Positions 11,897 to 24,419 of a stretch of DNA of 64,000 nucleotides are shown piece after piece (the first letter of the stretch is position 1; each line of letters starts with the position of its first letter). Source of the stretch: Octopus sinensis. Taxonomy: Eukaryota. A program made the position numbers and the translations under genes. The notes beneath the pieces are model-generated. The model was not told where the DNA came from. It made no database searches and was given only the letters and a program-made list of their open reading frames with translations. Where the stretch lies: the NCBI RefSeq assembly GCF_006345805.1, contig NC_043003.1, forward strand, positions 32,674,001 through 32,738,000, given 5' to 3'.

Positions 11897-13350
11897 CATA
11901 TATGTATGTGTGTGTATTCGTACGTGTATATGTGTGTGTGAGAGAGAGAGAGAGAGTGTTATGTGTGTGTGTGTGCGTGTGTGTGTGTATGTGTATGTGT
12001 GTTTGTGTGTGAGTAATATCCTTATCTACTCGTTCGTTAGGCGCACTTGACCATCGCTGCGAGGACTGCGTCAGCAATGCCTGTGCAGGGACTTTCAGTG
12101 AAGAGCAGCTTGCACAGCATCGGAACGCCTCTTATTTAAAATACCAAGCCCAGAGACAAGCAATCTGCAAGACATTCGGCTCAGTAGAGCAGCAGGTTTT
12201 ATATACGAGTTAGCATTCTCTTAGATGTCTTGACAAATACCAGAGATTTCTCGTTCTCAAGGGGCTTACTGAACTCTCGGACACCAACCGCAGTATCTCT
12301 ACGTCCCGGCACACACCTGCCCAGAATACATACATACATACATACATACATACATACATACATACATACATACACATTATTGGATGGTCATCGACTCTGT
12401 TGAATAAATATATCCATAAACCCAAACACATACAATGCACAAAAGCACCACAACTATACCATACAAATGCATACACCGCAACACAAAACAAACTCACATA
12501 CAAAGGTCTTCAAGAATAAATAACCTATGTTATCTCTGGACATTTTACGCCATTTGTAATATTGTATGCATATGCAATCCATACAAAATATACAATTAAT
12601 CTTATACCTTGTTTGATATCAAACAATATTTCTTTTCTTTTATATATTTTTCTTTCTGTTTATAATTGTATTATATTCGCGTGTTGGTGATGGGAATATT
12701 TAGCACTTTTTTTTTTCATTGCCTCATCTATAATTAAAATTACCCAGTAATACGAGAAGAGATAAAACAGCCTCATTAATATGATAAATTCCCGGCATCT
12801 CAATTCATGTAGAAAAAATGATAACGTTCTTTCAGACTCTGTTCCAATAAAGAAATATATAATAACAGTCTTTTTTTTTACATATCGACCATCAATTACT
12901 TTAATACACACTCAAACATGTACATACATGCATACATATATACATGTATATACACATATTTGTATAACATATAGACATATAAACATACATATATACACAT
13001 ATGTATAACATATAGACATATAAACACACATACATATATATGCATATATAACGTATATATACATATGCATGCTTATACATAAATACACAGATTCAGGAGT
13101 GTGTGTATGTCTGTGTGCGTGTTACCAAATGTACTACATAGTAGTTAGTCTGAGTAGAAATGTATGGTAAACTTACGAATGTGTCGCATTTTGTGTGAAA
13201 TACTAATTAAACCACATTTTCCCCTCTGATGCCAATAAAAAAGCTCGGTGTTATTAGTTTCAGGTTTTTATTAACAATTCATCAGTGATTATGTTTCTAA
13301 ATTTGTCCCCATAAAAAAATATATAATGAAGTATATATGCTTACAGCATA

Positions 13351-13489
13351 TAGGCGCAGGCGTGGCTGTGTGTCGTTTCGAGTTCAGTCCCACTGCTGAC
13401 ACCTTTGGGCAAGTGTCTTCTACTATAGCCTCGGACCGACAAAGCCTTGTAAGTGGACTTGGTAGACGGGAACTGAAAGAAGCCCATCG

Positions 13490-13521
<32 letters not shown>

Positions 13522-13765
13522 ATCCAAACATGGAAACACAAAGAGAAAACACAACAACGTGAGGACGTGGAACAAGTATAGTGTTATTTGATGCTCAGGA
13601 AAGGAAAGAAAGAAGGAGGATTTAATGTTTCGAACGGAGCTCTTCGTCAGAAACATAGGAAAAGAAAAGATCCAAGGAAGGGAAGACGGAGGAAAAAAAT
13701 CGCCAACGATACACACGCGGTCACATTTTGAATCATATATATATATATATATATATATCACGTGA

Positions 13766-13801
<36 letters not shown>

Positions 13802-14047
13802 TGTATGTATATTTATGTGTGGGTGTCTTTGTGTCTGTGTTTGTCCCACGCTACCATCACCACCATCGCTTGATAACCGATGTTGGTCAGTTTATGTCCC
13901 CCGAAACTTAGCGCTTTGGCCAAAGGTACCGATAGAATAAGTACTAGGCTTACAAAATATAAATCTTGAGGTCGATTTCTTCGACTGAAGGCGGTGCTCT
14001 ACCATGGCCATAGTCAAATTACTGAAACGGGTAAAAGACTAAAAGAG
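13351..14047 (+). mobile_element. SINE family A interrupted by a hammerhead-bearing repeat
   Basis: Head at 13351-13490 and tail at 13810-14047, with an insert at 13517-13734 in the internal (TA)n. Confidence 0.85.
13517..13734 (-). mobile_element. Short Penelope-like (pLTR-type) repeat with minimal hammerhead core, family H1
   Basis: Homologous to 43381-43592. The minus strand has CTGACGA-A-GAGC-TCC-GTTC-GAAACATT at 13650-13624. Confidence 0.75.
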
Positions 14048-14374
14048 TTCACCTGTTTACTGTATATGCGGACCCTTACAGAACTAGATTGGTTGGTCTG
14101 CCCAACTTGTATAACAATGCAAAAGTTGGCAAAGAGAAAGAATTCATTGATAGAAGCTTTACATAGCGGCGAAGATGATTAACAGTCATGTGAAGTAAAC
14201 TAACAAATGTATATATAAAGTAAACAAGCAGTTTTTCCTCTCAGTGAAAAATTTACACCGTTCTTAAACTACGGGATTTTTCTCTGTGACCAAAAACAAA
14301 TCGATCTGACTAATTTCAGTGTTTATAACCCTTCATTAGAGATGCTTGCTCGTGTCCTGTCTACTGGAAGAATA

Positions 14375-14583
14375 CTGGTTTCAAATTTTTGGCACACGCC
14401 CAGCCACTTCGGGTGAGGGACTAAGTCGATTACATCGATTCCAGTGCTCTCAACTGGTACTTATTTTATCGACCCTGAAAAGATGAAAATCAAAGTCGGC
14501 ATTTAAACTCTAAACGTGAAGTCGGAAGAAATGTCTCTAAGCAGTTTTCCCGGCCTTGAAACGATTCTGCCAGCTCACCACCT
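14375..14583 (-). mobile_element. tRNA-derived SINE, family B (OR2-like)
   Basis: Reverse complement of GGTGGTGAGCTGGCAGAATCG...GTCGATAAAATAAGTACCAG...GTCGATGTAATCGAC. Confidence 0.8.
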
Positions 14584-15269
14584 TTCGTCAATAGAAATAT
14601 TAGCCTGATACTATTCATTATATATGCAAACTGATGGGGTACTAAGTTACCTTATCTGACACCTTTGTACAGAACCTTAGTGTATTTATCCTGGAATTAA
14701 TCAATTACTGCCCTCCTACCTCGTAGGAAGGGTTGTAATTGATTGACAAGGTGGTATGCTCCGGTGGTCAACTTTAAGATGAATTCCAACAGACATATTT
14801 GTCGGCATCACACATTAAGGAGAATCACTTCCAGTCGTATTGGTTCTTCCATGCTATTAGATTTATCTCCTTCTTTACAGCGAAAATGATAATTCTGATG
14901 TATGTGTAAAGCCAATGATACTACAAAGATGTATTATATAGACATTAGACATTGTTTCCTGCAAAGTGGGTCCCAAATCCCTAAATTCGGTGGCAATAGT
15001 GTGTCTAATGACTGGAGCTAGTTCGATGGGAGCTCGCTTCTAGTGAGACATTTTTTCTACATAAGACAATATTCGTTCGTGGTTACGTTTGAGTGCGAGT
15101 TTCCAACGACAGAGGTCTGAGTGACTGCGCCCGACTCACCACAGTCAACGAAGAGCCTAAATACAGTGGCCAAAACATTTCCCACTCAATACTTCTACTG
15201 CACAATGAACTACTAGTTCTAGACTGTCCAGTTAATAATTTGAAAAATAAGAAACATGAAATATCACAT

Positions 15270-17460
15270 TGACTTGTCACGCTGAATATACGGACAATTC
15301 TTCATGTAAAATATTGAACAGACCATTCCCAACATAAAACAGCTATCATAGTCAACAAACTGAAGTACTTCAGAGAAGATATTGCTGTATTCAATGAGAC
15401 CAGGTTAGTTAGAGGGGACTCATTTAGTAACGCTAAATAGGGATGTACACATTTCTAAAAATACAACCCCAAGAATAGACATCACCTACATGTTGTGAGA
15501 TTCTATGTCCAAAGTGAGACAGTACTTAGAATCATTGAGTGTGTATACCACTTTGGAATGGTGAGAAGGGAAATATGCTTTTCTGGAAATACAACTTCGA
15601 GGATGAACATCATTAATATTATGTGAGATTTGGGGCCCAAACTAAGTGACACACCGGTTAGCATCAGTGGATATCTAATGCTACCTTGTTTTCCTTTGCT
15701 AAGAGTTTTATTGAGTGACAAGCATACATTTTGTCATTTGATAGTCATGACAAAACCTCCTAACAAATCTTAGAACAGACACTGACTAATATCCTATAAC
15801 AGGGCAAAAGTGTTCTAATGAAGGATTTTAATGAAAGAGGACTGGGGACCAAACCTGAGATCGAATGACCGGAGAACATAGTGCTGAGAAAACTAATGAT
15901 CAATCTACATTTCGCTGCCAGAAAAATGAACGGCGAAATGCAAAAGCTCAAAAAAATTCAGATTCACACATATAAGTGCGACGTGTATAATTTCTAAAAT
16001 GCTTTAAAAACATTTTATGAAATCAGGAATTATTTTATGTTAACAGACGGCGTGTCCCTATTACAAGACTAATCAATATAATGGAGATCGAGAGATCAAT
16101 TCAACCGGCTCTGAAACCACTAAAATCCTTTCAAGCAGTAATTTTCTTTCCATTCCCTGTGTTAACAGTGACTACGCTGTTAACACAGGAGATGTAAAGA
16201 CAATCGCGATAAATTTCCGATTCGAACATCTTCAACATCAGAAGGCTACAGGCCACTTGCAGTCTTGGATGTGATCTGATCATTAGATAAGATGTTTACA
16301 GTGTTACAGTAAAACATACTTCAGAAATCATATTGGCCATCATCTCAGCTCCTGTTGAGGTTTGTGGAAGAATGTATCCGACAGTTAACATGCATAAAAT
16401 TGCTGTATCTGCCAATCTTTCACATCATTACACTGTTATTGCCATACTTTCTGAGCACTCCGTCGTGAACGACAACGTGGGTTCCAGTTGATCCGATAAA
16501 CGAAACAGTCAGCTCGTGAATTTAATGCGCATGTGGCTGAGCATTCCACAGACACGTGTAACCTTAACGTAGTTCTCAATAAAGATTCAGAGTGACACAG
16601 GTACTGCTCATTTTTGCCAGACGAGTGGACTGAAGTAACGTGAAATACTGTGTCTTGCTCAAGGACACAACGCGTCGCCGGGAATTGAACTTACCACCTT
16701 ATGATCGTGAGCCGAATACCCTAACCACTAAACCACGCACCTTCACACAACATTTTGAGCACATCAGTAAAAAATAGTTTCCTGCTTCAGTTACATAAGT
16801 CACATCATTTTTAACGGTTGCACATTAAAAGGGGAAATTCAAATCCAACTTAGATAGTCTTTTGCAACTTTCACAAGAATAAGAAACAATATTTCTAAAC
16901 AGTCATCACAGACTTCATACCAAAACCTTCGTCTACCAGCAGATTGCATTTCCTCTACCTTGTACAAAGGCAAAACATGGACCACATGCAACCGACACAT
17001 TAAGGCCATGGTAACCTTTACCATCCACTGACTTCGAAAGAGCTTGTCAGTCACTTTGCAAGACAAGGTTGCGTACAAAGAAACTGCCGACGAATCCACA
17101 CCATCAGCATCGAAATTACATTAAAAGGCATCAACTGAGATGATCCGCGCAAGTAGTGAGTATTTTTATCCTTGTAGTATTCTCAGCCGCCGTCTACATT
17201 ATGGTGAACCCTTAATTGGAGGACGGATCAAATGATTCAAGGATCAACGGTTACCACTCTGAAGACATTGACAGTCTCACTTTTGGAAGGGACGAAGATG
17301 AAACGCAGTCAGCACTACCAGAAGAACCGAAAAAGGAGCGAATGCACGGAGAATTTATTTCAACTGAGCCCTCGCAGCAAAGAAGTATTTATACGTCTCG
17401 GTCTGTAAATGAAGCTACACGTCAAGAATTTGGATGTATATTCAGAATAAGATACATAAA
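15270..17460 (+). mobile_element. Highly decayed RTE (BovB-like) LINE spanning APE, RT and C-terminus, with a SINE inserted
   Basis: Fragmentary frames: LNIRT..NRP..TAIIVNKLKYFREDIAVFNETRL (APE); KDFNER; IFNIRRLQAT; KTWTT.NRHIKAM...LRKSLSVTLQDKV; RHQLR.SAQVV; YGEP..GG.IK.FKD. Confidence 0.7.
16458..16746 (-). mobile_element. SINE, head/core type C with tail Z
   Basis: tRNA-like head on the minus strand (GTGAAGGTGCGTGGTTTAGTGGTTAGGGTATTCGGCTCACGATC) and the TCCTTGAGCAAGACAC core. Confidence 0.85.
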
Positions 17461-17487
17461 GGAAAGAAAAGGTCGTCATGGTAGTGA

Positions 17488-17564
<77 letters not shown>

Positions 17565-17791
17565 GGGAGGGAGAGAGAGAGGTAAGGGTGTAAAAAGATA
17601 GATAGCTAGGCAGGTAAGTAAAGAGACAGACAAATAAATACGTAGGTGAATATGTGGGTATGGAGGTGGATAGATAGACATACAGACAGACAAATAGATA
17701 AATACATAAATAGATAAGTAAAGAAACAGATAGAAAAATAAATACGTAGGCAATGTATGGAGGTAGGAAAGAAGATAGATAGATAGATAGG

Positions 17792-17880
<89 letters not shown>
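17488..17880 (+). repeat. (GATA)n microsatellite with a degenerate middle
   Basis: Two pure GATA blocks flank a purine-rich degenerate block. Confidence 0.95.
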
Positions 17881-17881
<1 letters not shown>

Positions 17882-18379
17882 TGGCAAACAAAGGAACATA
17901 GTTAACGTTATCTGCTACCACGCCATAGTAACGTCAAACCGGAGAGAAAAGATTCAAATACGCTTCGATCTATTAACATCCTTTAAAAATTTCGCTGAAA
18001 TATCTATGGCAACGTTTTCAATCATGTATTTTCGTACAAAGTGATGTAAACATCTGCTGACAACCATATTAATAAAGCCAGAGTGATTTATACCAACTTC
18101 TTTGGTCTATTCATATATTCTCTTTCTTTCCGGCAGTTCCAGACTTCTAAGCTATTTTCAGTAAATCCAGTCTACTAGAACCTTTTCTTTTCCTAGACAT
18201 CATTGTAAACATGCACACATGCACACATACAGATAAACAAATGCAGATGCATACAAATCACAAAAGACACATATACACGCTATTACTAAACATACATAAA
18301 CAAGTGTAGATAAACGCACATATAAACAACATACATAAACAAATATAAATAAACGCACATAGACAAATACATATAAACA

Positions 18380-18437
18380 CACAGACTACAAAATATATGT
18401 ATATATGCATATACGCATATATTCTTTTATTCTCATA

Positions 18438-18503
<66 letters not shown>

Positions 18504-18633
18504 ATATACATATATACATTCATACATGCATATGTACCTATATATATATATATCTATATATATATATATATATATACATACATATTTATATCTATATGTA
18601 TACATATATATACATACATATTTATATCTATGT

Positions 18634-18667
<34 letters not shown>

Positions 18668-18701
18668 ATATATATATTATATATATATATATCTATATAT
18701 A

Positions 18702-18755
<54 letters not shown>
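18380..18755. repeat. (TA)n-rich microsatellite
   Basis: Direct inspection. Confidence 0.95.
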
Positions 18756-18854
18756 GCACACAGAAACAAACATGATTATGTGCACGCAACGATTTAGTGC
18801 TGTGAACGTGCACAAGATTAAGTACTTACCAAAACTACTATAAATTTTTGTATG

Positions 18855-18985
18855 CCAAACGGGTAAAGATTTCGCTTTGCAACCATGAGTTCCAGTGTTC
18901 AATCCCACAGCAAGACAACTTGGATAAACGTTATTTTCTATTGCCAAGGGTTAACCCACTCGTACCTTATGAGTGAATTTTCGCA
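18855..18985 (+). mobile_element. Diverged SINE family A head
   Basis: GGTAAAGATTTCGCTTTGCAACCATGAG...GTTCAATCCCACAG...CTTGGATAAACG resembles family A heads. Confidence 0.5.
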
Positions 18986-19299
18986 GTAGGAAACTACTTA
19001 GATAACTGTCGTATTCATTGTGTCCATAATTTTAAAAAAACCTAGACATATACCATCGTATGCCGCACTGATTCTGTCTGAGTATTAAGGATGAGTAAAC
19101 GTGTCTGTGAGATTCTCAGCAAACACATTATTCCAGGAACTAGTAATCCAGTTAATAGAGCATCTAAAGTTTTGTCGATAAACTGCGTGGATCTGCCACC
19201 ATATGTTTTTATTCTTCAATATTTATAAACGTATACATACATATACGCAGTAACAAAATCTTTCACGGTTTTTCATTCGTGATCTTAACGCTGGTGCTG

Positions 19300-19630
19300 G
19301 CTAACTCATATCTCACACTGAGTAAGACCTGCTGCTACTTATGGACCGCTTTCCAACCGAGTTCGAGTTTACAATCAGACCTAAGGAGACCGTAATAATG
19401 CTATAACCAACGTCCCCATGTAAACCACGCAAGGGTTTTAAAAGCAATCTTAAAGACACGCTGATAATAACACCTGGGATGATCTTACGTCAGATAGGGA
19501 GTTATGGAGGAATCTGGTAGCTACTGGTGTTAAAGAATTCGAAAGCAACAGGTTTATATACGCTAAGCTGAAACGTGTTGATAAATGTACCATGTGCTTG
19601 GAAAGCAAGATTCTTATCACACAACAACAC
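19300..19630 (+). mobile_element. RTE (BovB-like) fragments joined by an internal deletion
   Basis: SHTE.DLLLLMDRF...FTIRPKETVIML, then NTWDDLTSDRELWRNLVATGVKEFESNRF. Confidence 0.65.
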
Positions 19631-19691
19631 CTGCACCTATATATATACATACATACATACATACATACATACATACACACATAATACACAC

Positions 19692-19742
<51 letters not shown>

Positions 19743-19840
19743 AAGAAAAAGAGATAGGTCGATATTATTATCATCATCAACCTTATAATCATCATCGTCG
19801 TCATCATCAGCATCAGCATCATCCTCAGCATCATCATCTA

Positions 19841-20017
19841 AAGTGGTGAGCTGGCAGAATTCTTAACGTGTCGAATGCAGTTTTTAGCAGCCTTTCTTCC
19901 AACTCTACGTTCTCAGTTTCAATTCTGCCGAGGTTGACTTTGCCAGAGTCCTGAGGTCGATGTAATCAACTAGCGTCCATCTCCATAAAAGTGCTGGCCT
20001 TTTGCAAAAATTTAAAA
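19841..20017 (+). mobile_element. SINE family B, internally deleted
   Basis: GTGGTGAGCTGGCAGAAT...GCCGAGGTTGACTTTGCC...GGTCGATGTAATCAACTA. Confidence 0.75.
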
Positions 20018-20049
<32 letters not shown>

Positions 20050-20479
20050 ACATCATCATCCTCATCATTATCATTATCATTATTATCATTATTATTATTA
20101 TTATTATCTTTTAGTTGTCCATAATTCAGAAACAATACACTCAATATGAAAAACAGAATAGTTGTATTTTTGTATTACGTCGACTAGTAAGTGTATTACT
20201 AGATATGTGCATATAACTAATCAGAATATTACCATCGCTTTCGCACCTATTATTGCACTTGGAATAATTGACAACTCCCTAAACACGCTGGCCAGAATAG
20301 GACAGCCTCTCCCAAATTCAATAATCGACGCGAACTTGCTATAAGCGATAGCCCATCCCGTTCAATAGAGCTCAACGATATACGTGGTCTGGTCAATATA
20401 TATCCGGACTGTTGCTATAATAATGAAGCTAAAGCACAATGAGTAAAGCCGCTTGGAACATATTGACCTTGAACTCTGC

Positions 20480-20980
20480 TGTGTTTTAATGTTCTAGCTC
20501 ACTTTTGCTGTTTACAGCAGTGCTAGGAAGGAAGGTATGTAGCGTTTCACCGTCGCATTGACCATGACGGAGAAAGTTGAGCAGAGAATTTGCATCAAAT
20601 TTTGCCAAAAGCTTGGCGATACCTGCTCAGGGGCCTACACAAAGTTTCTAAAAAGTTTTCATCGTTCTCGACACAATCAAGGAGATCTTGTGCAACTGAA
20701 ACCCGAATGTCCTTTTGGTCAGCTGACAGCAGTTTTGTACACACTTTGTAGGCACTAGTCTCATGCCCAAATTTTCTGTGATGATAGACTGAACTGAACT
20801 GTAACTGATCTGCACATCCTCTGATAACTCACGGATGGTGATTCGACGATTTTTCCTCACAAATGACACATATCTGCAATATTTTTCTCAGTTCTGCTGG
20901 TTGTGGGTCTAGCAGAACGTTTGTCAATATCGACATTTTTCGGCCATCTTGGAAACGCCTAAACCCCTCGTACATGATAA
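20480..20980. mobile_element. Mariner transposase 5' half with an internal inversion
   Basis: The + strand reads MTEKVEQRICIKFCQKLGDTCS (20563-20640). The minus strand of ~20645-20980 reads YEGFRRFQDGRK..DIDKRSARPTTSRT...RKNRRITIRELSEDVQISYSSVQSIITENLGMRLV. Confidence 0.85.
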
Positions 20981-20984
20981 CTTC

Positions 20985-21110
20985 CTCTGTCATAATCTTA
21001 TTTTTACTCTTAGCTGAAAAAGTCTAAAAGACAGAAACCGGTACTAAAATGTACTTCATGACAAAATTATTTTAGCATTTTCTACCTTGTCTTATTTTCC
21101 TTATACATAT
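20985..21110 (+). mobile_element. Short Penelope-like repeat, family H3, with a hammerhead-like core
   Basis: TAG-CTGAAAA-AGTC-TAAAA-GACA-GAAACCGGTA-CTA at 21011-21046. The downstream flank is homologous to 36563-36630 (minus). Confidence 0.55.
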
Positions 21111-21169
21111 GAACTTGGGAGTTACTTTCCTACCTGCTACACACACACACACACACACTCAGACGCCAT

Positions 21170-21306
21170 GATAAATCGTTAACCACTACGCACATTTTTT
21201 TTCTCTCCTTGTTTTTTCTGTGTACCTTTCTGTAGAAGAGCATAGGTTCGAAACGTAAAATACACCACCTGTCTTCGTCTTTTGTTTATTTTCGTAAACT
21301 TTCCCC

Positions 21307-21308
<2 letters not shown>
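21170..21308 (+). mobile_element. Short Penelope-like repeat, family H2, with a degenerate hammerhead core
   Basis: TTT-CTGTAGA-A-GAGC-ATAG-GTTC-GAAACGTA-AAA at 21227-21260. Runs into (TA)n. Confidence 0.6.
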
Positions 21309-21359
<51 letters not shown>

Positions 21360-22139
21360 TGTATATGTATGTATGTACGTATGTATGTACATGCATAGAT
21401 ATTCATACATGTATGTGTGTCTGTGTCTTTGTATGAATGGATGTATATAAAGATATTTGGTAAACGGCAGTAGCACCGTCGTGTCATGATATATTTAAAA
21501 CTGTTAGGTTGATGCGAATTATTTATTCCGAGCAGAATCGGTAAGAGATACTACTCCATGTTTCTCGCACCTTATCTTCAGGTTTAAGTACAATTGCAGA
21601 CTTGGGATGAGAAAATCATTGTGATTGAACTCTGCGCATGCATGTGTGTGGGTGGGTGTGTATGCGCGTGTGTTTGTGTTTGCGTACGTACGTGTGTGTG
21701 TGTGTGCTTGCGTGTGAGTGTGCCGATGTGTCATTGACTGTGTGCATATACGTATATGCATATGTGTGTATAAGTATGTATGTGTATATATATATATATA
21801 TATATATACACACCATATTTATATACGTATATGTATTCATATATGTATATAAATTATATCATATAAACACATATAGATTGACACACGCACACAGGCACAC
21901 ATACACAAACATATGCATGAATGCATTCATGCTTACTTACATACATTCATACTTACATACTTGCATACATGTATATATGTAAATTTAGATACGTATTGAT
22001 ATATATATATATATATATATAGATGGTTACATAGATAGGTATTTACATACATATATGTATGCGTATGTATATTATAAATAAATATATATACACATATATA
22101 TATACAAATATATATATGTATGTGTGTATGCACGATGTA

Positions 22140-22305
22140 TGTTTATATGGTCTGGATGTAAAGTATATATATATATATATACATACATATATATAATATA
22201 ATATATATATATATATATAATTATATATATATTATATAATTAATATATATATTATATAATTATTAATATACATATATATATATATATATATATCATATAT
22301 ATAAT

Positions 22306-22362
<57 letters not shown>

Positions 22363-22363
22363 A

Positions 22364-22460
<97 letters not shown>
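22140..22460. repeat. (TA)n microsatellite
   Basis: Direct inspection. Confidence 0.95.
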
Positions 22461-22461
<1 letters not shown>

Positions 22462-22972
22462 CATATGATGCCAACCAGTGACTTTTTCTGAAGTTTTAAT
22501 GTTATCTAGTATATAAATCTGCCGATGTGTGGCACAACCATTTTTTACGACTGAACACATTGCTGTCGTGATACGAATACTAATGCTAATAACGATGAGT
22601 TTTGATTATCTATATTTTAAGCATTTTATTTTTTGTTTGCTTGTTTTTTCCTTGTCTTTTCTTTCCTCCCCGCCTCCTCACCCAGATGAATGATTGCCCG
22701 AATGTCAGATGGAATTTTTCCATCGATGCGGCGACTAAGATACTCAGACAATCTCCAGGCGACGGCTGTCGATATGAGAATAATCCAAGCCTGTCTTGGA
22801 AGACAAAACATTTGACGAACGTTTCTGTCTAATTTTATCGGTACCATCTATTATTCTCCATACATGTGCCCACTCACGCTAGTACTTTCTTCTCCAAGCT
22901 CCTGCCCTGCTTCTAACACACCATCATAGACGCTTATATACGTTTATAATCATACACAAAAGCATACACATA

Positions 22973-23012
<40 letters not shown>

Positions 23013-23216
23013 GATTTACTTGTGCGTTCGTCTATACATTTATGTGTGTTGCTGCACCACCTACACTGTTAAGTCTAGAGTTGTGTGTGCGAACATAAGG
23101 ATTCATACTCGTACACAAGTTTAACACATGGAATGCATATGCACACATACACATATTTATAAGTAATATGTTTGTTTGCACACCTGCATATACATACATA
23201 CAAATATATATATAGT

Positions 23217-23460
23217 AGAGGCGCAATGGATCCCCTAGTGGTTAGGGCAGCGGACTCGCGGGTCGCAGGATCGCGGTTTCGATTCTCAGACCGGGCGGTG
23301 TGTGTTTGTGGTTATTGAGCGAAAACCCTAAAAAGCTCTACGAGGCTCCGGCAGGGGGTGGTGATCCTGCTGTGTACTCTTTCACCACAATGGCGGTGCC
23401 CAAGCATGGCCACAGCTCAAGAGCTGAAACCGGAAAAACAAAAACAAAAAAACAAAAACA
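23217..23460 (+). mobile_element. Chimeric SINE: type D head plus a family-A-like tail
   Basis: 23217-23390 matches 44362-44530. From 23391, TGGCGGTGCCCAAGCATGGCCACAG...CTGAAAC resembles the family A tail. Confidence 0.75.
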
Positions 23461-23789
23461 ATATATATATTATAATATATATATATATTCATATATATCT
23501 GTCTGTAGGTGGATGTGGATGTATGTATACATACATACACATATAATATATACATATATTCGTGTGTGTGTGTGTGTGTGTATTTGTATTTCTATTTGTT
23601 AGTGTGTGTCGGTGAGTGTAAATATATATGAGTTCACTTCAGTGCGCACATTATTAAACATGTATTCGTACACCCACCTTTGTATCTAAATATATTTATA
23701 CAACCCTGATTTATCTACTACATGCATGCATACACACATACATGCACTCATTCATGTATGCATACATGCTCTTACATACATTCATACAA

Positions 23790-23872
23790 ATATACATACA
23801 TAAATACATATATATAGAAACCAGCTCGTTCTCTATTGGCAAGAAATCTTGAAATAAAACTGAACAATGACA
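23790..23872 (+). mobile_element. Extreme 3' end of the REL LINE family, followed by (CATA)n
   Basis: TAGAAACCAGCTCGTTCTCTATTGGCAAGA...AATAAAACTGAACAAT matches the reverse complement of 7137-7195. Confidence 0.6.
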
Positions 23873-24419
23873 TACATACATACATACATACATACATACA
23901 TAATACATACATACATACATACATACATACATACATACATACATACATACATACATACATGCACGATGTCTATTTCTCATGTAGAATAAAATCTCATTGC
24001 CTCCTACATATCTTTTAGCAAACCTTACGAACAAATTTGTGCTCTTCCATAAACTATAGTACATTGTATAACACTGTTTTCTAAGTCGCCAACAGATTTT
24101 CAAATCTTGGCACTTGTGCTACATGTTCTGCAAACTTTTATCGTGAACAAACTGCAGTCAACTTTCTGTTTGACTTCTATAACTCCATTGCTGGTTAGAA
24201 AGTGACATATGCCACCAAAAAAATCTCAGATCAAGTTTATACGATCCAGTGCAAATGCCGTGCATTTTTGTACAGCTCTTAAATTCTACACAGGGATGAA
24301 TGTTTAGCCATCAAAAGTATTTCGTTCCTATTCCATTTTGACTTATTTCAAATACTTTTAAGGAGACTTTACTGTCCTTAAACTTCAGTCATGACTTGTG
24401 ATGAGGGCACTTTCATATA

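Noticed and set aside
12030-12325. GC-richer block between microsatellites
   Set aside because: Probably an old TE fragment, but translation gave no supportable domain.
16156-16189. Perfect 13-bp hairpin CCTGTGTTAACAG-N8-CTGTTAACACAGG
   Set aside because: Real but short and inside a decayed RTE; most simply a local template-switch inversion.
22686-22832. Candidate exon after a strong polypyrimidine/AG acceptor
   Set aside because: No convincing donor or protein similarity; one frame (IARMSDG) weakly resembles RTE debris.
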